The translations under genes were made by a program, and so were the position numbers. Positions 51,101-62,294 of a stretch of 64,000 nucleotides of DNA are shown piece after piece. Numbering within the stretch: the first letter of the stretch is position 1; every line of letters begins with the position of its first letter. This stretch comes from Syntrophales bacterium (GTDB lineage Bacteria > Desulfobacterota > Syntrophia > Syntrophales > UBA2210): assembly GCA_963666365.2 (NCBI GenBank), contig CAXXNF010000002.1, positions 640,001 to 704,000 of the forward strand. Direction: 5' to 3'. The notes beneath the pieces were generated by a model. The model was not told where the DNA came from. It searched no databases and saw only the letters and a list, made by a program, of their open reading frames with translations.

Positions 51101-52525
51101 TCAGTGCAGTTCTATAATTTCCATGCGGTTGTTGGCATCAGGATGTCTAGATGAAGGTCCTTCGGTAAGGATCGCGATGTCCCCTTTTTCGCCGTTATTG
51201 AAAAGCCATTCGCGGGCGAATGCTTTCCAGTCCGCAGGGTATTCATGAGCGTAAACAGGCTGAACCCCGTATGAGAACTGAAGGCTCTGACAGGTGGAAA
51301 CAGAGGAACTTACCGCCGTTACCCACATTGGGAGTCTGAAACGGGCGATGCTCCTCGCGGTAGCGCCGCTTTGTGTGGGAACGATCACCACTGTCGGCGA
51401 GGCGTGACGGGCAGTGGTCTCAACACTCAAGGCAATAAGGTCACGCAGGTGCGTATCAGCATTCCTTCTTGCAGAGTACAGCGCATCCCGCACGGGTTGA
51501 GCAGAATTAAGGGGCTCGATAGCGGCGGCGATTCCGGCCAGCATTGACACCGCATCCACAGGGTAATTACCAATGGCGGATTCTCCTGAAAGCATGACGC
51601 AATCTGTGCCATCCAATATTGCATTGGCCACATCGGTTGCTTCGGCGCGCGTAGGGCGGCGGTTCCTGATCATCGACTCGAGCATCTGTGTTGCCGTAAT
51701 CACCGGTTTCCCCGCAAGATTCGCCTTTTTCATCAATTCTTTTTGAATCACCGGCAAATCCACAATAGGCATTTCCACACCCAGATCCCCCCTGGCGATC
51801 ATGATCCCATCGGAGGCCTCAAGAATTTCATCTATATGCCGCATTACTCCCGCACGTTCTATTTTGGCGATGATGAAAGGGTGATGACCTATAGTTTCTG
51901 CGGCTTCACGGACCTCATGAACGTCAGCCGCCTTCTCTACAAATGACTGGCTTATTGCATCCACTCCGTTCTGCAGGGCAAATTCGAGGCACCGGCGATC
52001 ATTACCGGTAAACGCTCCTATTCCCAAGTCGATGCCTGGCAAGTTCACGCCCTGTCGGGACCGAAGTTCACCCCCCACCACCACTCTGCAGACCACTTCC
52101 TTATCTTCAATCCTGCACACCTCAAGCTGAATGTATCCATCATTTAAAAAAATCAGGTTTCCCCGACTCACTACCTGGGGCAATCGGGAAAAACTTAATG
52201 AAAGCCTTTCGGCGTCCCCGACGAAGTCATCTGTACTCAGAACAATTTTCTCCTCTGCCTTCAACACGACAGGAGAGTGAACGAGGTCTCCAATCCGTAT
52301 TTTAGGCCCCGAGAGATCAGCCAAAATTGCCACCGGCCTGCCCACGGATTGGGCCGCTTCTCTCAGATTTCGGATTATTGTTTTGTGACTCGAAAAGCTG
52401 CCGTGGGAAAAATTCAGACGAGCAACGTTCATGCCTTTTATGATCATTTCCTTCATGATATCGGGAGCTTCACTGGCAGGCCCGATTGTACATATGATCT
52501 TTGTCTTATTTGGGAAAAGGGTCAT
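51101..52525 (-). CDS. pyk: Pyruvate kinase
   Basis: TKIICTIGPAS, ARLNFSHG, AKIE, MIARGDLGVE, ATQMLESM, MLSGESA. Confidence 0.96.
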   Translation of the reverse strand: MTLFPNKTKIICTIGPASEAPDIMKEMIIKGMNVARLNFSHGSFSSHKTIIRNLREAAQSVGRPVAILADLSGPKIRIGDLVHSPVVLKAEEKIVLSTDDFVGDAERLSLSFSRLPQVVSRGNLIFLNDGYIQLEVCRIEDKEVVCRVVVGGELRSRQGVNLPGIDLGIGAFTGNDRRCLEFALQNGVDAISQSFVEKAADVHEVREAAETIGHHPFIIAKIERAGVMRHIDEILEASDGIMIARGDLGVEMPIVDLPVIQKELMKKANLAGKPVITATQMLESMIRNRRPTRAEATDVANAILDGTDCVMLSGESAIGNYPVDAVSMLAGIAAAIEPLNSAQPVRDALYSARRNADTHLRDLIALSVETTARHASPTVVIVPTQSGATARSIARFRLPMWVTAVSSSVSTCQSLQFSYGVQPVYAHEYPADWKAFAREWLFNNGEKGDIAILTEGPSSRHPDANNRMEIIELH

Positions 52526-52537
52526 TGATTATACCGT

Positions 52538-52990
52538 CTAACCCGGCGATAGCGGCTTCAGCCAGATTACCGCATAGGGTCCGATTCCCAGCGTCAATGT
52601 GCCTGAGTCAAGGTGATGTTTGCGATCGGTAAAGAGATCAAGCCAGATCCTCCCCCCCCTTCCAACAGCGAGGCGGCGATATCCACCGTCAGTGTTTCCG
52701 CCCTGACCGTAGGTAATCAGAATGATGTGCTCGTTGGAAAAACGCTCTAGGGGATCGTAATATTTCTCTTTTTCGATCATTTCAGGCGGTTTGTGGGCAT
52801 GATGAGCTGCAAGTATACGTTCCCGTTCAGCTATCCATAGGACGCCTTTTCCCCCGTAAAGATAATGAAGACGCTCCTGCATCCGGACCTTCCTGTGAGA
52901 GGGAATTTTAAGGACAGGCCGACTGTAGTCCGGGTATGCGTGGTAATAGGTTCGATGACGGTCGTAGCTCTCACTGATATTCATTTCCAT
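52538..52990 (-). pseudogene. Internally deleted GH13_18-like sugar (sucrose/glucosylglycerate) phosphorylase remnant; ORF still open
   Basis: DPLERFSNEHIILITYG resembles the start of the GH13_18 barrel; WLDLF...LGIGPYAVIWLK resembles the GH13 C-terminal beta-sandwich; no catalytic core between them. Confidence 0.65.
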
Positions 52991-53012
52991 TGGAAAATCT
53001 GTTTAAGCCTGC

Positions 53013-55412
53013 TCATCTCGCTGATTTTTCCGACATATGCGATAGTTTCGCTTTTTTGTTCTTCCCCGACAATGCCAGTTTCAGCACATCTGACATTTCA
53101 TCGACAAGGTGAAACACGATGTCATTTGTGACCTTCTCCGGTATATCCTCAAGATCTTTGTCATTCCATTTGGGCAGAATAATGGTTTTGATGCCCGCTC
53201 TATGGGCCGCAAGAACTTTTTCTTTGATGCCCCCCACAGGAAGCACTGCCCCGCGAAGGGTAATTTCGCCGGTCATGGCCAGGTCTTCTTTGATGTTTCG
53301 GTTGGTAAGAAGCGATGCAAGAGCTGTAAGTATAGTTACACCTGCCGAGGGGCCGTCTTTTTGGATGGCGCCTGCGGGAATATGAATATGGATGTCTCTA
53401 TTGTCGAAAAAATCATTAGGAATTCCTAGTGCTTCCGCATTCGATCGTATGAAGCTGAGTGCCGCCGATGCCGATTCCTTCATAATTTCACCGAGCTGAC
53501 CCGTGAGCATCAGTCCTTTGTTCCCTTTCATGGCGGTGGCTTCGATATAGAGAATTTCCCCTCCCACGGGGGTCCAGGCAAGACCTACGGCCACTCCCGG
53601 TTTGGATATCCTGGTTTTCCCCTCCGGGGTTACTTTCAGGGGTCCGATATATTTGTGCAGATCACTAATCTTGACAGTGGCTGATTTAATTTCCTCTTGC
53701 GCGATCTCGCTCGCTACTCCCCGGCAGATGTTCGCTATTTCTCTCTCAAGATTCCTTACACCCGCTTCACGGGTATACCCGGAAATAATTTGTTTTTTTG
53801 CCGCTGCGGTGAAATTGATCTGTTTCGACGTAAGTCCGTTGGCCTCTATCTGACGGGGAATCAGGTATCGTTCCGCAATTTTGATCTTCTCATCAAGGGT
53901 ATAGCCGAGAAGCTCGATCACCTCAAGTCTGTCTCTCAGTGCCGGCGGTATTGTTTCCAGAATGTTGGCGGTTGTAATGAACATGACATGAGAAAGGTCA
54001 AAGGCAACGTCGAGATAGTGATCGACAAAGGAGTAATTCTGTTCAGGATCAAGCACTTCCAGCAGAGCCGATGAGGGATCTCCTCTGAAGTCGCTTCCAA
54101 GCTTGTCGATTTCATCGAGCATAAACACGGGGTTGTTTGACTCCGACCTTCTAATGCCTTGAATAATTCTCCCCGGCAGCGCCCCCACGTAGGTACGCCG
54201 GTGTCCTCGAATCTCCGCTTCATCGTGTACTCCACCCAGGGAAATCCTGACAAACTTCCGCTCAAGCGCCCTCGCAATGGATGTGCCGAGCGATGTCTTC
54301 CCCGTTCCGGGAGGGCCAGCGAAGCAGAGAATAGGACCCTTCGTATCCGGTTTGAGCTTTCTCACCGCCAAGTACTCGATAATGCGCTTTTTGGCCTTTT
54401 CCAGCCCGTAGTGATCTTCATCGAGTATTTTCCGCGCCTTTTTGATGTCAAGGTTGTCCTCCGTGCGCTCATGCCATGGAAGGGCGGTGATCCAATCAAG
54501 ATAGGTCGATGCCACCGTGTATTCCGCCGATGATGGATGCATGCGGGCAAGCCTTGTCAGTTCACGTTCCGCTTCTCCTTTGGCTTCTTCGGGAAGGTTT
54601 TTCTCTTCAACCTTCTTTCGATACTCTTCTACCTCAACCTTTGATTCATCATCGGCCTCGCCCAACTCCTCCCTGATGGCTTTCAGTTGTTGGCGAAGAT
54701 AATACTCTCTCTGGCTCTTATCCATATCGGTTTTGACCTGCGTCTGGATCTTGTTGCCCAGTTCCAGGATTTCGAGCTGGTGGTTGACAAGGCGAGTGAC
54801 CATTTCAAGACGTTTTTTCACATCCGCTGTTTCAAGAACTTTTTGCTTCTCCCCCGCTTCTGCGTTGATAATCGAGGCGATCATATCCGCAAGCTGTCCC
54901 GGTTCCCTTATTGACTTTGCCAACACTCCGAACTCCTGGGGAAGAAAAGGGGATAGCTTTACAATGCGATCAAAGAGACCGGTGAGATTGGCCATAAGCG
55001 CTTCTATTTTTATCCCTTTGGCCTCCGTATCTTCCATCAGCTCAACGGTAGCCTGAAGATAGGACTTTCCCTCCAAGAAATCCTTGATGACGAAGCGCCC
55101 AATCCCCTGCATAAGGAGTTGGGCCTTCTCTTCACCAGACTTTGCCATTTTCAGTATCGCCACGACCGTCCCGGTGTGGTGTATATCGTCCGGTTTCGGA
55201 AGCTCTTCGGTAAAGGGTTGTCGCGCCATGACAAGTCCGATCAGACGATCTCCCGCCATCGCTTCATCGACAAGATTGATCGCCCGTTCTCCCATCACTT
55301 CCATCGGAAAGGTCATGTGGGGAAACACTACGGTATTGTAAAGCGAAAGTACGGGAAGCACGTCCGGCACTTTCACGTTTTTGAGATCTCCAGGAAGTTG
55401 CTGATCAATCAT
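53013..55412 (-). CDS. lon: ATP-dependent protease La
   Basis: LON N domain, [30 protein letters not shown]. Confidence 0.96.
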   Translation of the reverse strand: MIDQQLPGDLKNVKVPDVLPVLSLYNTVVFPHMTFPMEVMGERAINLVDEAMAGDRLIGLVMARQPFTEELPKPDDIHHTGTVVAILKMAKSGEEKAQLLMQGIGRFVIKDFLEGKSYLQATVELMEDTEAKGIKIEALMANLTGLFDRIVKLSPFLPQEFGVLAKSIREPGQLADMIASIINAEAGEKQKVLETADVKKRLEMVTRLVNHQLEILELGNKIQTQVKTDMDKSQREYYLRQQLKAIREELGEADDESKVEVEEYRKKVEEKNLPEEAKGEAERELTRLARMHPSSAEYTVASTYLDWITALPWHERTEDNLDIKKARKILDEDHYGLEKAKKRIIEYLAVRKLKPDTKGPILCFAGPPGTGKTSLGTSIARALERKFVRISLGGVHDEAEIRGHRRTYVGALPGRIIQGIRRSESNNPVFMLDEIDKLGSDFRGDPSSALLEVLDPEQNYSFVDHYLDVAFDLSHVMFITTANILETIPPALRDRLEVIELLGYTLDEKIKIAERYLIPRQIEANGLTSKQINFTAAAKKQIISGYTREAGVRNLEREIANICRGVASEIAQEEIKSATVKISDLHKYIGPLKVTPEGKTRISKPGVAVGLAWTPVGGEILYIEATAMKGNKGLMLTGQLGEIMKESASAALSFIRSNAEALGIPNDFFDNRDIHIHIPAGAIQKDGPSAGVTILTALASLLTNRNIKEDLAMTGEITLRGAVLPVGGIKEKVLAAHRAGIKTIILPKWNDKDLEDIPEKVTNDIVFHLVDEMSDVLKLALSGKNKKAKLSHMSEKSAR

Positions 55413-55498
55413 ATGACCCTCCGCAAAAACATGTCATCCCGCATAGCAAGTGGGTAAAGGTAAGAGTCTCCAATGTGTGTCACTGTATCATCCCTGCA

Positions 55499-55960
55499 TT
55501 ATGGAAATTCCTGACGATTCTGGATCGGAATTTTTCGAATCCGCTTTTCCAGAGGAAGTTTGGGTATGCGTATTTCCAGCAATCCGTCTGCATGACGGGC
55601 CGTCACACCCTCTGTGTCGATGGTGGCGCCAAGCGACAGCGTTCGTTCAAAATACCCATAGGGTATCTCTGCCAGGTGGTAGCGTGATCGTTCACCGTGC
55701 ACCCGCTCCGCTCGTTTCCCCGATATCTTGACTGTCTGCCTGCTGATTTCAAGATAAATATCGTCACGGTTTACGCCGGCCAGCTCCGCCGTAATCACGA
55801 TTTCGGCGGCAGTTTCGTAGATATCAACCAGGGGATGCCACACACGAGTATAAAGCGTCAATGCCGGATCAAAGAGACGGAGAGCGCCTCCGATCATGCC
55901 TTGCAATCCCGTATCGACCATGCCACGGTCGTCCTCAAATCTTATTTTGATAAAGTCCAT
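55499..55960 (-). CDS. Hsp20/alpha-crystallin small heat shock protein
   Basis: WHPLVDIYET, AELAGV, EIPYGYFER, DGLLEIRIPK; SD AGGAG. Confidence 0.9.
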   Translation of the reverse strand: MDFIKIRFEDDRGMVDTGLQGMIGGALRLFDPALTLYTRVWHPLVDIYETAAEIVITAELAGVNRDDIYLEISRQTVKISGKRAERVHGERSRYHLAEIPYGYFERTLSLGATIDTEGVTARHADGLLEIRIPKLPLEKRIRKIPIQNRQEFP

Positions 55961-56126
55961 CTTCATCTCCTGTGGATTGAGACTTATTAGCGGAATGCTC
56001 CGGTTCGCATTTTTATCTTTAACATCGCACTCGTCCACAATGCAACCACTTTTAACCATTCTTTTGACTTGATTACACGAAAGATCACGGGTAGAGTAGA
56101 GCTCTTCCGGTTCACTAAGGGGTCAC

Positions 56127-58820
56127 ATGAACATTCACACAGACAGTCGCCTCATTCTGACTGCGACAGAACGGCTTGCCCGCAGTCTTCACCGTCATGC
56201 GCGCATTCATGCAATCGTATCGGGAATGAAAGGATGGGAGCGACCGGACATCACCAGTCTCAATAGCTGGATGGATCGTCTCTGGAGCGAGTCCTTTCAG
56301 GAACAGCTTCCTGCATCGAAGCTTGCGCGAACACGACTATGGAAAGAGCTCGTCGAAACATCAACGGCCCCCCTCCCTCTCGCCGCAGGCTTTTCTCTTT
56401 ACGCACTTCTCGACGAAACCTATGAAATTTTGGTGAGGCATAAGGTTGACCCGGAGGCAGGTCCTCCATCGACACCGCTTGTCCAGTGGCGAAGAGATCT
56501 TACACGATCATTTCGACGCCGTCTCGAGTGCGAAGGCCTTTTTCATCCGGGCGAATGGCCGGTCTATCTGATGAACGGGTTGAAAGAGCGGCGCATATCC
56601 TTGCCACGAAAGGTCTTGCTGCAGGGCTTCGAATTTCCCGCACCCCTTGAAAGGGATTTATTTCGACTTATGGAGACGATCACTGAAGTGGAATACGACG
56701 TGAACCGCCGGGCGGAGGGGGGGGTCATTCATGCTCTGGCACTGCCCTCGCCCGAACAGGAACTCACCTATCTGGGCCGCAGTCTCATAGAAGATGCGGG
56801 CGTCATGCCTCTTCACCGGATCGGCGTCATCGCTCCCGATCTCACGCGCTATGCACAAGCTTTTGCCAGGACTCTGACTGATCTGATGGGGCATACACCC
56901 GCAGGAGATGCCCACTGGTTTAATATTACCCTTGGCAGCTCCTTGTCGAAACTTCCCCTGTTCGCCTCGGCACTGTTGCCCTTTCGTTTTATTCAGGAAG
57001 GAGAACGTCGAGAACTTCTTCTGGCCCTTATCCTTTCCCCCTATTACGGGCTCTGGCAGGGGAAGCGCCACAGGATCGCCCGAGCCGATCATATATGGAG
57101 ATCCAAAGGCATTATATCGGGGCTTGATTCTTTGAAAAGCGCCCTCATGGGGGCCGACGAAGAAACCCATTCACTCATATTCAATGAGCGGACGAAACCG
57201 GTGTTCGCTCCAACGCCACCGAAGATGAACTGCACACAACGGATGAAGGCCTGGATTGAAACACTTTCACATATGTGGGAGGCGCTGGATTTCCCCTTAA
57301 TTTCAGGAGAGGAGGATCGACTTGCCTGGAGACATGTCAAGGAGATACTGAATGGCTTTTCCACGCATCTGGCCGATATTTCGATCACAGGATATGAATT
57401 CGTCAGCTGGTTCATCCATGAAGCCGACAGAAAAACAACACAGAGAGAGGCCGCAGAAGATGCGGGAGTGCAGATTATGGGGCTTATTGAATCGCGGGGG
57501 CTTGACTTCGATAAAATCTATCTTCTGGACGTAAACGACCGCTCGCTGCCTCAGCCGGCACGTCCCCTCCCCCTGCTGGACAGAGAAGAGCGGCGCCGCA
57601 TCCAGGGAGGAACACCCCAAAGTCAATACGATTTTGCCCGAGTGGTGTTCGAGCGCATTGTGCACTCTGCTCCCCGTATCGTTCTTTTACGTGCCGAGCA
57701 GGAAGATTCAAAGCCGTTGACCCCTTCTCCCTTCTGGCCGGACGAGTCAGTGCAGGAATCACTTGATATCTGGACGGATCCCGATCCAGCCTGGTTGAGG
57801 GCGTCCTGGTTGCGATCCGCCTATGAAGGTAGGGGGATTTCAAAAACCGACACACCTATTTGCTCCATAGGAATTGACCCCGCGTCAATTGCCCCTTTGC
57901 CGATGCTCTCATCCATGAGCCTTTCTCCCCACCTACTCAAGATCGCACTCACCTGCCCTTTCAGATTCCTCATGGAGATTCTCCTGAAAGTCACCCCTCT
58001 CGAAGCGGTAGCAGCGGCCCCTTCGCCGCGTGACAGAGGCACGCTGCTCCACCGTATTTTTGCCGCTTTTACGGAACAAATGCGAGGGAGGGGAATGGGA
58101 GAAGATGTGGCGCCCGATGAGGAGGAACGCTGTCTTGTTAAAATCGTTGATGACGCGTTCTCCCCTTTCGCAGGCAATCCCCGCTGGCAAGTAGAAAAGA
58201 TTCGTCTCATCGGCTCTCCACGCTCCTCTGTTCCCGGTGTTCTGAACCTTTGGCTTCAGAGGGAACGGCAGCGTCGTCAAGAGGGATGGAGTTGTATCGC
58301 CGAAGAAAGAACATATTCAGGACTCAGCATTAAGGGGTGTCCGATGCCCCTTTCCGGTAGAATCGACCGCATCGATTTCAGCGCCGTCGACGGACTTGCC
58401 TGTTACGACTATAAGACGGGAAAAGTTCCCGCCATCTCCGATATCCTTAATCGTTTTACTGAACCACAGCTACCCGTGTATCTTCTGGCACTTCGCGCAG
58501 GAAAAATTCCCGGCCTGAAGGGTCACGTGCCTACTGCGGAGATGATTTCCACCGCAGGCTATCTGCAGATTAAATCGGTAAATGCCCTGCGCGACATTCC
58601 GATCCGGGGGATTGAGACCTCCCTGGAAAAATGGTGTTCCGTAATCGCCGACATAGCTGTACGCATTGCCGGTGGGAACTTCGAGCCTTCGCCTTACCCG
58701 GCGTCGTTCGTGGAAAACAGGAATAAAGTGTGTCAAGATTGTGCGTTTCGCACGTTGTGCAGACGCGGTCTCTTTCCTGAATGGTCTATTGAGGAGGAAG
58801 AGTACGACGATGCCGATTGA
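56127..58820 (+). CDS. addB: AddB-like DNA repair protein with PD-(D/E)XK nuclease
   Basis: CPFRF, RGTLLH, GRIDRID, YDYKTG, PQLPVY, CQDCAFRTLC (Fe-S staple Cys pattern). Confidence 0.8.
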   Translation: MNIHTDSRLILTATERLARSLHRHARIHAIVSGMKGWERPDITSLNSWMDRLWSESFQEQLPASKLARTRLWKELVETSTAPLPLAAGFSLYALLDETYEILVRHKVDPEAGPPSTPLVQWRRDLTRSFRRRLECEGLFHPGEWPVYLMNGLKERRISLPRKVLLQGFEFPAPLERDLFRLMETITEVEYDVNRRAEGGVIHALALPSPEQELTYLGRSLIEDAGVMPLHRIGVIAPDLTRYAQAFARTLTDLMGHTPAGDAHWFNITLGSSLSKLPLFASALLPFRFIQEGERRELLLALILSPYYGLWQGKRHRIARADHIWRSKGIISGLDSLKSALMGADEETHSLIFNERTKPVFAPTPPKMNCTQRMKAWIETLSHMWEALDFPLISGEEDRLAWRHVKEILNGFSTHLADISITGYEFVSWFIHEADRKTTQREAAEDAGVQIMGLIESRGLDFDKIYLLDVNDRSLPQPARPLPLLDREERRRIQGGTPQSQYDFARVVFERIVHSAPRIVLLRAEQEDSKPLTPSPFWPDESVQESLDIWTDPDPAWLRASWLRSAYEGRGISKTDTPICSIGIDPASIAPLPMLSSMSLSPHLLKIALTCPFRFLMEILLKVTPLEAVAAAPSPRDRGTLLHRIFAAFTEQMRGRGMGEDVAPDEEERCLVKIVDDAFSPFAGNPRWQVEKIRLIGSPRSSVPGVLNLWLQRERQRRQEGWSCIAEERTYSGLSIKGCPMPLSGRIDRIDFSAVDGLACYDYKTGKVPAISDILNRFTEPQLPVYLLALRAGKIPGLKGHVPTAEMISTAGYLQIKSVNALRDIPIRGIETSLEKWCSVIADIAVRIAGGNFEPSPYPASFVENRNKVCQDCAFRTLCRRGLFPEWSIEEEEYDDAD

Positions 58821-61800
58821 CCTTGCCGACAATCGGGCGCGAGAGGCGGCGCTCGACACTCGCTGCTCCCATCACGTGGAATCACCGGCCGGCGCCGGTA
58901 AAACCATGCTTTTGACCATGCGTTTTGTCAAGCTTCTAAGTAGCGTGAATCACCCAGCAGAAATTCTTGCCCTGACCTTTACCGAAAAAGCGGCCCAGGA
59001 AATGCAGGCGCGTATCATTGATTCACTGAAAAGGGCGGAAAGGAAAGAACACCCGAAACACCCTTCCGATAAAATATTGCTCAGACATGCCGAAGATGCA
59101 TTAATGAGGCACAAAAAACACATGCACCTGATATCGTCCGGCGGCCTCAATATAATGACCTTTCACGGGTTCTGCTACCATCTGGCAGCGAGGGCGCCCC
59201 TCGAGGCAGGAGTAAGTCCCGATTTCGCGATTATGGAAGAGAGAGAGGCACCACTCCTCATCCGAGAGTCGGTTGCCGCTACGATTGAACGGCTTCTGGC
59301 TGCGCCCACGGAGGATTCAAGGCGCCGGGCCCTGGAACGTCGAGCGCTTTTCCACGATAACAACTGGGGGAGTCTGACGGCAGAGCTCATCGAAATGATA
59401 AAAAACAGAAGCCGCTTTGCCGATCTTGTGGGTGTAATACGCAGTGCCGGCGGTAAGAAATTGTCCCGTCTCGAGGGCGTGTTTAAAGAAAGACTGCGGC
59501 CTTTTGTAGAAAAAAAACTGACTGCACTGGAAAGGCAGTTCGTTGAATCATCGCTGGGAGACCGATGGAACGAATTCTTAAACCATCTTCAGGAAAAGAA
59601 AACAGACGCTGCCCTGGTATTGCCCCTGGCGATTCCGTCATCGCAATGGGAAGATCTTCCATGCTGGCGAAAAATAGCCGATTGTCTCCTCACCAAGACG
59701 GGAACTCCGCGAAAAATGATGGGGGCGAAAAGCGGATTTTATGCGGGCTTTCAGAAAAGCGAATGGGGCGCGCTTATGGGCGAAATTCCCACTCTTCTGG
59801 CAAAGGGACTTCACGAGGCGCGTGAATATGCTGCACCAGACCAACCCGTCGCCGACATGGAGGTACTTTCCGATCTGATCATCGTGGCCTCGGAAATACT
59901 CAGCGATTATGAAACCGCCTGCAGCAGACGGAATATGCTGGATTTCGACGGTCTCGAACAGTGCGCCCTCAAGGTACTCGACACAACGGCCCCTACCGAT
60001 CTCCAGCTTTTTCTTGATCATCATGTAGGACACATTCTGATCGATGAATTTCAGGACACCAACAGGACGCAATGGGAGTTGCTGCGCCGCCTTGTCAACG
60101 GCTGGCTACCCGATGATGGAAAAACAGTGTTTATTGTAGGAGACCCGAAGCAATCGATTTATGCCTTCCGTAATGCAGAGGTGAGCCTCTTTTTGGATGC
60201 CGCGAAGGGAATACCCCAGGATGGCGGCGCTGCTCTGCCACTCAGATCTCACCGGCTGTCGACAAACTTTCGATCCTGTGGCGACCTGATTGCCTGGGTA
60301 AATGAGCTTTTCGGCGAAACCATCATGGCCTCTCCTGACCGTGAAGCCGACGAAGTCCCTTACAGCCCTTCATCTCCCTTCGAGGAGCGGGACGTTTCCG
60401 GTGTCATTTCCCTCAATCTTTTTGCCGATGAGGATGGGGAAAAGGCAAAAGACAAAGAAGCACTGTGGCTTGCCGCTGCCGTGAAGGATCAGGTGGATCG
60501 TACTGAAGGCCGCCAATCCATCGCCGTGCTGCTCTTTACACGAAACAGAATCGCTCGATACCTAAAGGCCTTTCAAGACATCTCTCTTTCCATTCAAGTC
60601 AAAGAAGGCCTTCGACTTGTCGATCGCCCCGAAGCGGCCCATCTGCTGCAAACAGCCCGCCTGCTTGTGTATCCCCATGACGATCTTGCCTGGGCGTCGC
60701 TTTTCCGCGCCCCCTGGTCGTGGTGCAGCCTTGACGTTCTCTGCGAAACGGCATTGCAGGAACCGCCGAGCTGGTATGATAAGCTTCGTCTCACTGCGTC
60801 TCAGCGCGTCGATCTGGAGAAGCTGCTCAGGACGGTGGATCGCGGCCTTGCACGAATAGGAAGAGATCCCCTGGGAACCGTGGTGAGAACGTTCTGGGAA
60901 GATATGGATGGCCCGCGCATCACGGCATCCCTTTACGGCATGAGAGGTGTGGCAAATTGTATGCGTTTTTGTGAAATGCTTGACGGCATCGACCGGGGCA
61001 TTCCACAAGAAACCCTCGAAAGATTCGAATCGCTGAAAGAGGATCTGTACGAACCGACCGATCCTTCCGCATCCCGCTCCCCCGTTGAGATGATGACCAT
61101 ACACCGCGCCAAGGGGCTCGAATTCGATATCGTCTATATCCCTTTCATGGACTGGAATCCCCTTTCGAGCAGTTACAGGAACGCTCTTCCCTATCTTCTT
61201 GAACGCATTCCGGGAACGGAAGGCGAATACCTGATTGCGACGGGGAAAGACAGGCGTGAAGAAACCACTTCCCCCCTCTATCGCATGCTGTTGAAACTTA
61301 ACAGAGAAAAACGCCTGGGCGAGTCGAAACGCTGGTTTTATGTGGCCGCCACACGAGCGAAAGGGGAGCTGCACATGAGCGGCATCGCCACTGTCAACGG
61401 GGGTGGAGTACATGTGCCCCCGCGGACTCCGCTGTTCTGGATCATGGAACATGAAGGTCTGAACGGTATCTCATTGGGCGCCGTTACAGAACAACCCACT
61501 GAAGATCGCCTCTCCCTTGCCATCAACCCGACTGTGGAGTCCGGTTCACGATACGTTGCCGAGAGTGGCGCCCCTTATAGGCATATGCCTAAAATTCTTG
61601 ACATTGTTCCCGAGAAGTCCGGTTTTTCAGTAATCACGCCTTCATCTCTCTCCAGTGTGCACAAGACACCCTCCACCGATCTGCCGCTGCCGGAAGACGC
61701 CATCGGGTCCGACTCCATAGATCGCATTCGAGGTGTCATCATCCACAGGGCATTGAACGTAACGATAGGGCAGAACCACCTTCCTTCGACGCGCTCGATT

Positions 61801-62220
61801 ACAGGGGCCCTTCATCGAGAAGGGCTTTCGCCGGACAAGGCAGCCGAAACGGCAGTGGAAATAGAAAGGGAAGTGACGGCAACGCTGGCTGACCCCTTTT
61901 TTAAAAGACTGCTGTGTTCGGATCGTAATCTCATAAAAACCGAGTGGGCCCTTGAAGACAGAATTTCAGAAGAAAAAATTCGATCAGGAAGAATCGATTT
62001 TGCCTGCTTCGACGGCAATGCCTGGTGGATCGTAGACTTTAAAACATCACGTCCCGTCAATGGTCAGATACAGGAAGATTTTATCTCGGAAGAACGCAGG
62101 CGATACCAGCCACAGATCATGCACTACAAGTCGATGGTATCAAAGTTGGATGTCGGTGCGGGAAAGCCGATTCATGCCGGCATTTTTCTTACCGCACTGG
62201 GAGTGTGGATCGAAATATAA
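58810..62220 (+). CDS. addA: AddA-like UvrD helicase with C-terminal nuclease
   Basis: PAGAGKT, LTFTEKAA, IDEFQDT, VGDPKQSIYAFR, TIHRAKGLEF, YVAATRA, GRID, VDFKT; start placed at MPIDLAD. Confidence 0.87.
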   Translation: MPIDLADNRAREAALDTRCSHHVESPAGAGKTMLLTMRFVKLLSSVNHPAEILALTFTEKAAQEMQARIIDSLKRAERKEHPKHPSDKILLRHAEDALMRHKKHMHLISSGGLNIMTFHGFCYHLAARAPLEAGVSPDFAIMEEREAPLLIRESVAATIERLLAAPTEDSRRRALERRALFHDNNWGSLTAELIEMIKNRSRFADLVGVIRSAGGKKLSRLEGVFKERLRPFVEKKLTALERQFVESSLGDRWNEFLNHLQEKKTDAALVLPLAIPSSQWEDLPCWRKIADCLLTKTGTPRKMMGAKSGFYAGFQKSEWGALMGEIPTLLAKGLHEAREYAAPDQPVADMEVLSDLIIVASEILSDYETACSRRNMLDFDGLEQCALKVLDTTAPTDLQLFLDHHVGHILIDEFQDTNRTQWELLRRLVNGWLPDDGKTVFIVGDPKQSIYAFRNAEVSLFLDAAKGIPQDGGAALPLRSHRLSTNFRSCGDLIAWVNELFGETIMASPDREADEVPYSPSSPFEERDVSGVISLNLFADEDGEKAKDKEALWLAAAVKDQVDRTEGRQSIAVLLFTRNRIARYLKAFQDISLSIQVKEGLRLVDRPEAAHLLQTARLLVYPHDDLAWASLFRAPWSWCSLDVLCETALQEPPSWYDKLRLTASQRVDLEKLLRTVDRGLARIGRDPLGTVVRTFWEDMDGPRITASLYGMRGVANCMRFCEMLDGIDRGIPQETLERFESLKEDLYEPTDPSASRSPVEMMTIHRAKGLEFDIVYIPFMDWNPLSSSYRNALPYLLERIPGTEGEYLIATGKDRREETTSPLYRMLLKLNREKRLGESKRWFYVAATRAKGELHMSGIATVNGGGVHVPPRTPLFWIMEHEGLNGISLGAVTEQPTEDRLSLAINPTVESGSRYVAESGAPYRHMPKILDIVPEKSGFSVITPSSLSSVHKTPSTDLPLPEDAIGSDSIDRIRGVIIHRALNVTIGQNHLPSTRSITGALHREGLSPDKAAETAVEIEREVTATLADPFFKRLLCSDRNLIKTEWALEDRISEEKIRSGRIDFACFDGNAWWIVDFKTSRPVNGQIQEDFISEERRRYQPQIMHYKSMVSKLDVGAGKPIHAGIFLTALGVWIEI

Positions 62221-62266
62221 AGGAGTTATTTTATTGCGAATAAACATGCGTGAGCAAATATTATAT

Positions 62267-62294
62267 TTGACAATGATATATTGTCTATTATATT
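62267..62294 (+). promoter_or_regulatory. Sigma70-type promoter overlapped by a palindrome
   Basis: TTGACA (62267-72), 16 nt, TATATT (62289-94); GACAAT-N5-ATTGTC. Confidence 0.6.

Noticed and set aside
55970..56126. CIRCE element upstream of hsp20-lon
   Set aside because: Only a partial GCACTC half-site; no matching GAGTGC at N9 spacing
58666..58809. 48-aa N-terminal extension of AddA in the ORF track
   Set aside because: It overlaps the addB C-terminus; ATG 58810 follows a GAGGAGG/GAAGAG purine tract and precedes the helicase motifs
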